From an uncultured virus (IMG/VR IMGVR_UViG_3300042890_006716) (lineage: Duplodnaviria; Heunggongvirae; Uroviricota; Caudoviricetes): a stretch of 64,000 nt of DNA. Shown here in pieces: positions 61,631 to 64,000 of this stretch. The position numbers were made by a program, and so were the translations under genes. The DNA is taken from the IMG/VR virus record IMGVR_UViG_3300042890_006716. One strand, given 5' to 3'. Positions within the stretch are counted from its first letter, which is position 1. Each line of letters starts with the position of its first letter. The notes below the pieces were generated by a model that worked only from the letters and a program-made list of their open reading frames with translations, searched no databases and had not been told where the DNA came from.

Positions 61631-62473
61631 ATGAAAAAACTATTTACGCTTTTAATGCTTTTGGTCTCCTTAGCAACAGCGAACGCAAAATGTGATTGGA
61701 GCACACTAAAACTCCAACAATCAAATCAACGTAATCTTTACAAATGGTATGTGAGTGGTCAAGTACTTGATGACACTTGTGTTGATTATATGTTTATGGT
61801 TTACGACTTCCAAACCAAAAAGACTGATACTATTAGAGATAATAGGGGGTTGATTCAAGTTCAATTTAATGTTAAAGGTAAATATAAAATGTATTTGAAG
61901 GTTTGGAACAGGTGTACAAAATGTGATACGGCCATCTACCGACCTTTAGAAATTATTAAGTTTCCAGGCGCTACTGTAAGTTCGAATGTGTATCCAAATA
62001 GTTGTAAGCAGTATAAATTTGAAATGAGCACTATTAAAGGTTACCCATTAAAAGATACTTGTATGAGCTACTACTTAATGTTCTACTCAGGACCTTGGAT
62101 GGCTAAAATGACTCAAAGTGAGTGGGACTCACTTAGTGATTACCAAATTGGAATGGAATATGATTTTCCAGATGCGGACTTCTTAGGTTATGGTGATACA
62201 AGGCTTTTTAACTTTGTATTTAAAGACACTGGTCGTGTATTAGTAGTTGCTCAATGGTGGAACAAATGTGTTAGTCAGGACACATTCATGTTTAGGAAAT
62301 TAGATGTTTGTAAGCGTTCTAATCTTTCAAGTGTGATTACATTTACCAAACCTGAACCAAAAGTAATTGGGATGTATGACATGATGGGTCGACCTGTTTA
62401 TAATGTTCGTAAAGAAGAAATTATAATTTATCTTTATGATAATGGTAAAACCGAGAAGGTCTTGATACACTAA
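61631..62473 (+). CDS. Secreted protein with two Cys-containing repeats and a T9SS-CTD-like tail
   Basis: Signal peptide; repeats DTC..Y...WN(R/K)C...DT; C-terminal IGMYDMMGRPV...IYLYDNGKTEKV. Confidence 0.65.
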   Translation: MKKLFTLLMLLVSLATANAKCDWSTLKLQQSNQRNLYKWYVSGQVLDDTCVDYMFMVYDFQTKKTDTIRDNRGLIQVQFNVKGKYKMYLKVWNRCTKCDTAIYRPLEIIKFPGATVSSNVYPNSCKQYKFEMSTIKGYPLKDTCMSYYLMFYSGPWMAKMTQSEWDSLSDYQIGMEYDFPDADFLGYGDTRLFNFVFKDTGRVLVVAQWWNKCVSQDTFMFRKLDVCKRSNLSSVITFTKPEPKVIGMYDMMGRPVYNVRKEEIIIYLYDNGKTEKVLIH

Positions 62474-62507
62474 TATTTTTTAGTTATCATTGTTAAAAAC
62501 AAGATAT

Positions 62508-62939
62508 ATGAGTAAAGTAAAAATCTCAACAGCAAAAGGTGATATGATTGCGGAGTTGTATGACAACGAAACTCCAATCACGGTAGAAAACTTTAAGAGT
62601 TTGATTAACAAGAAATTCTATGACGGACTTAATTTCCATAGAGTGATTCCTGGATTTGTTGCCCAAGGTGGTTGTCCTAACGGTGTTGGAAATGGAGGAC
62701 CTGGATACACAATCCAATGTGAAGTAACAGCGCCAAAACAATTCCACGATAAAGGTGTTCTTTCAATGGCACACGCTGGTCGTAACACAGGAGGTTCACA
62801 GTTCTTTATCTGTCACAATAGACAGAACACCCAACACTTGGACGGTAATCATACCTGTTTTGGGAAGATTGTTGAAGGTGTTGATATCATTGACCAACTC
62901 CAACAAGGTGACCAAATCAATTCTATGGAATTGATTTAA
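62508..62939 (+). CDS. Cyclophilin-type peptidyl-prolyl isomerase
   Basis: FYDGLNFHRVIPGFVAQGG, LSMAHAGRNTGGSQFFI, HLDGNHTCFG. Confidence 0.95.
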   Translation: MSKVKISTAKGDMIAELYDNETPITVENFKSLINKKFYDGLNFHRVIPGFVAQGGCPNGVGNGGPGYTIQCEVTAPKQFHDKGVLSMAHAGRNTGGSQFFICHNRQNTQHLDGNHTCFGKIVEGVDIIDQLQQGDQINSMELI

Positions 62940-62944
62940 TCTTG

Positions 62945-62970
62945 AACCCCACTTAACGGTGGGGTTTTTT
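62945..62970 (+). terminator. Intrinsic terminator (same hairpin family)
   Basis: aaccccac-ttaacg-gtggggtt followed by a T-run. Confidence 0.8.
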
Positions 62971-62991
62971 GTTTTTAACATATTTATGAGT

Positions 62992-63235
62992 ATGGCAAAG
63001 GCAAGAAAAGAGGGGAAACCAAAAAGAAACAGGGTAAATGTTAAAAAAACCCTTGACAGAATTAGTAATAACAACGATATTATTAATCGATACATAAAAG
63101 AACTAAAAGGAAACAGTTATGACACTTGAACAGGCAAAACAAATCTTGAAAGAGAACGGTAGACCTTCTTGTCCGTGTAAGTACAGCAGTACTGAGGCGA
63201 TGATAGAAGAGGCTAAGAAATTAGTAAAAAAGTAA
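62992..63235 (+). CDS. Two tiny overlapping ORFs (62992-63129, 45 aa; 63119-63235, 38 aa)
   Basis: MAKARKEGKPKRNR... and MTLEQAKQILKENGRPSCPCK...; bracketed by TATTTAT and a terminator at about 63234-63262. Confidence 0.55.
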
Positions 63236-63276
63236 AAACCTGAGACTTCTCAGGTTTTTTTTATTATATTTGTTCT

Positions 63277-63678
63277 ATGGAAAAGATTTTATACTTAGTT
63301 AGAGGTGTCCCTGGTTCAGGTAAATCAACATTGGCAAAAAACTTGGGGGGGACTCACTTTGAGACTGACCAATACTTTATGGTCAATGGTGAATATAAGT
63401 TCGATGGTTCTAAATTGAGAGACGCCCACGAGTGGTGTCAACACAGTGTTAATACTGCAATGATTTTAAATCACACCGCAGGGTTGAACAATGTGATAGT
63501 TGTATCAAATACATTTACACAGGAGTGGGAAATGCAGAGTTACATTGATATGGCAAAAGATTGGGATTACAAGGTGTTTTCAATCATCGTAGAAAATCGT
63601 CACGGTGGAGTAAACGCTCACGGTGTTCCTGAAGATAAATTACAATCTATGAGAGATAGATTTGAGATTAAACTTTAA
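63277..63678 (+). CDS. AAA_33/N4BP2-like P-loop polynucleotide kinase
   Basis: RGVPGSGKST, AHEWC, VVSNTF, NAHGVP. Confidence 0.85.
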   Translation: MEKILYLVRGVPGSGKSTLAKNLGGTHFETDQYFMVNGEYKFDGSKLRDAHEWCQHSVNTAMILNHTAGLNNVIVVSNTFTQEWEMQSYIDMAKDWDYKVFSIIVENRHGGVNAHGVPEDKLQSMRDRFEIKL

Positions 63679-63681
63679 TGA

Positions 63682-63852
63682 ATGAATAATACCGCGTTAG
63701 TTTATATTTTATTTTTTTATGGGTTTGTTATTCTGATATCATTTTTGGGTGTCGTGTTAGAAAAAAATGCCCGAGTATTCCCAAAATCCAAGTTTAACAA
63801 TTGGTGGAGAACCAACATAATTGGAGATGGGAATAAGAATAATTTTGGTTAA
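63682..63852 (+). CDS. Small membrane protein
   Basis: 56-aa ORF with an N-terminal hydrophobic helix. Confidence 0.5.
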   Translation: MNNTALVYILFFYGFVILISFLGVVLEKNARVFPKSKFNNWWRTNIIGDGNKNNFG

Positions 63853-63879
63853 TCAAAATATTTTTTCTATCTTAGCAAT

Positions 63880-64000
63880 ATGAAGAAACTACTTACCTTT
63901 TATTTCCTTAACAGAATCATCAAGGACCCTGTGATGACTGCAACAATTTATAAAGTTCTTTATGAAGGTGGTGACCTACCTGAACGCACCTACAGTTCGG
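63880..64000 (+). CDS. Partial hypothetical protein
   Basis: ATG 4 nt after TATCTTAG; open to the window end. Confidence 0.5.
   Translation, partial: MKKLLTFYFLNRIIKDPVMTATIYKVLYEGGDLPERTYSS

Noticed and set aside
1..64000. Stop-codon reassignment as seen in some huge phages
   Set aside because: Known genes are intact in code 11, and TAG, TGA and TAA all terminate genes at expected positions
1..64000. Eukaryotic giant virus or bacterial chromosome origin
   Set aside because: Sigma-70, peptidoglycan hydrolases, Bacteroidota promoters, intrinsic terminators and phage-type replication and structural genes are present, with no ribosomal or housekeeping operons

Overview
AT-rich, gene-dense segment, mostly on the + strand and read in the standard code. 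It is best explained as part of a huge (jumbo) tailed phage infecting Bacteroidota, probably freshwater. Evidence for the host: many TAnnTTTG (-7) promoters, no obvious Shine-Dalgarno sites, a Bacteroidota-type RpoD-like sigma factor, a Hc1-like small protein and a protein with a T9SS-like C-terminus. Order of content: Pro/Thr-rich and baseplate-like structural genes; RuvC, primase, PD-(D/E)XK nuclease, Mre11 and Rad50; sigma factor; amidase and spanin-like genes; probable head-associated proteins; DnaJ, Dam-like MTase, thioredoxin and glutaredoxin; three tandem ~1100-1200 aa collagen-like proteins, each with a C-terminal S74-type autocleaving chaperone; glutamine synthetase II, a DUF3310-glycosyltransferase-like fusion, a second MTase, a DHH phosphoesterase and a NUDIX hydrolase; an initiator-like tRNA-Met followed by an ~860-nt highly structured ncRNA (GOLLD-like); a GT2/GT2-TPR/glf glycosylation cluster, a GH19 lysin, SPFH, cyclophilin and a kinase. 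The most interesting observations are: (1) the three collagens share a 7-triplet period and have matched lengths, suggesting a heterotrimeric procollagen-like fibre; (2) the tRNA and giant RNA form a locus with twin promoters, boxA-like sites and a possible attenuator; (3) a DIP1984-like gene is followed by a structured RNA with repeated motifs; (4) there are two promoter classes, with apparently leaderless mRNAs; (5) a shared 'LTESEL/LIKE' tag recurs on probable virion proteins. All family names come from recognising motifs by eye, not from database searches.
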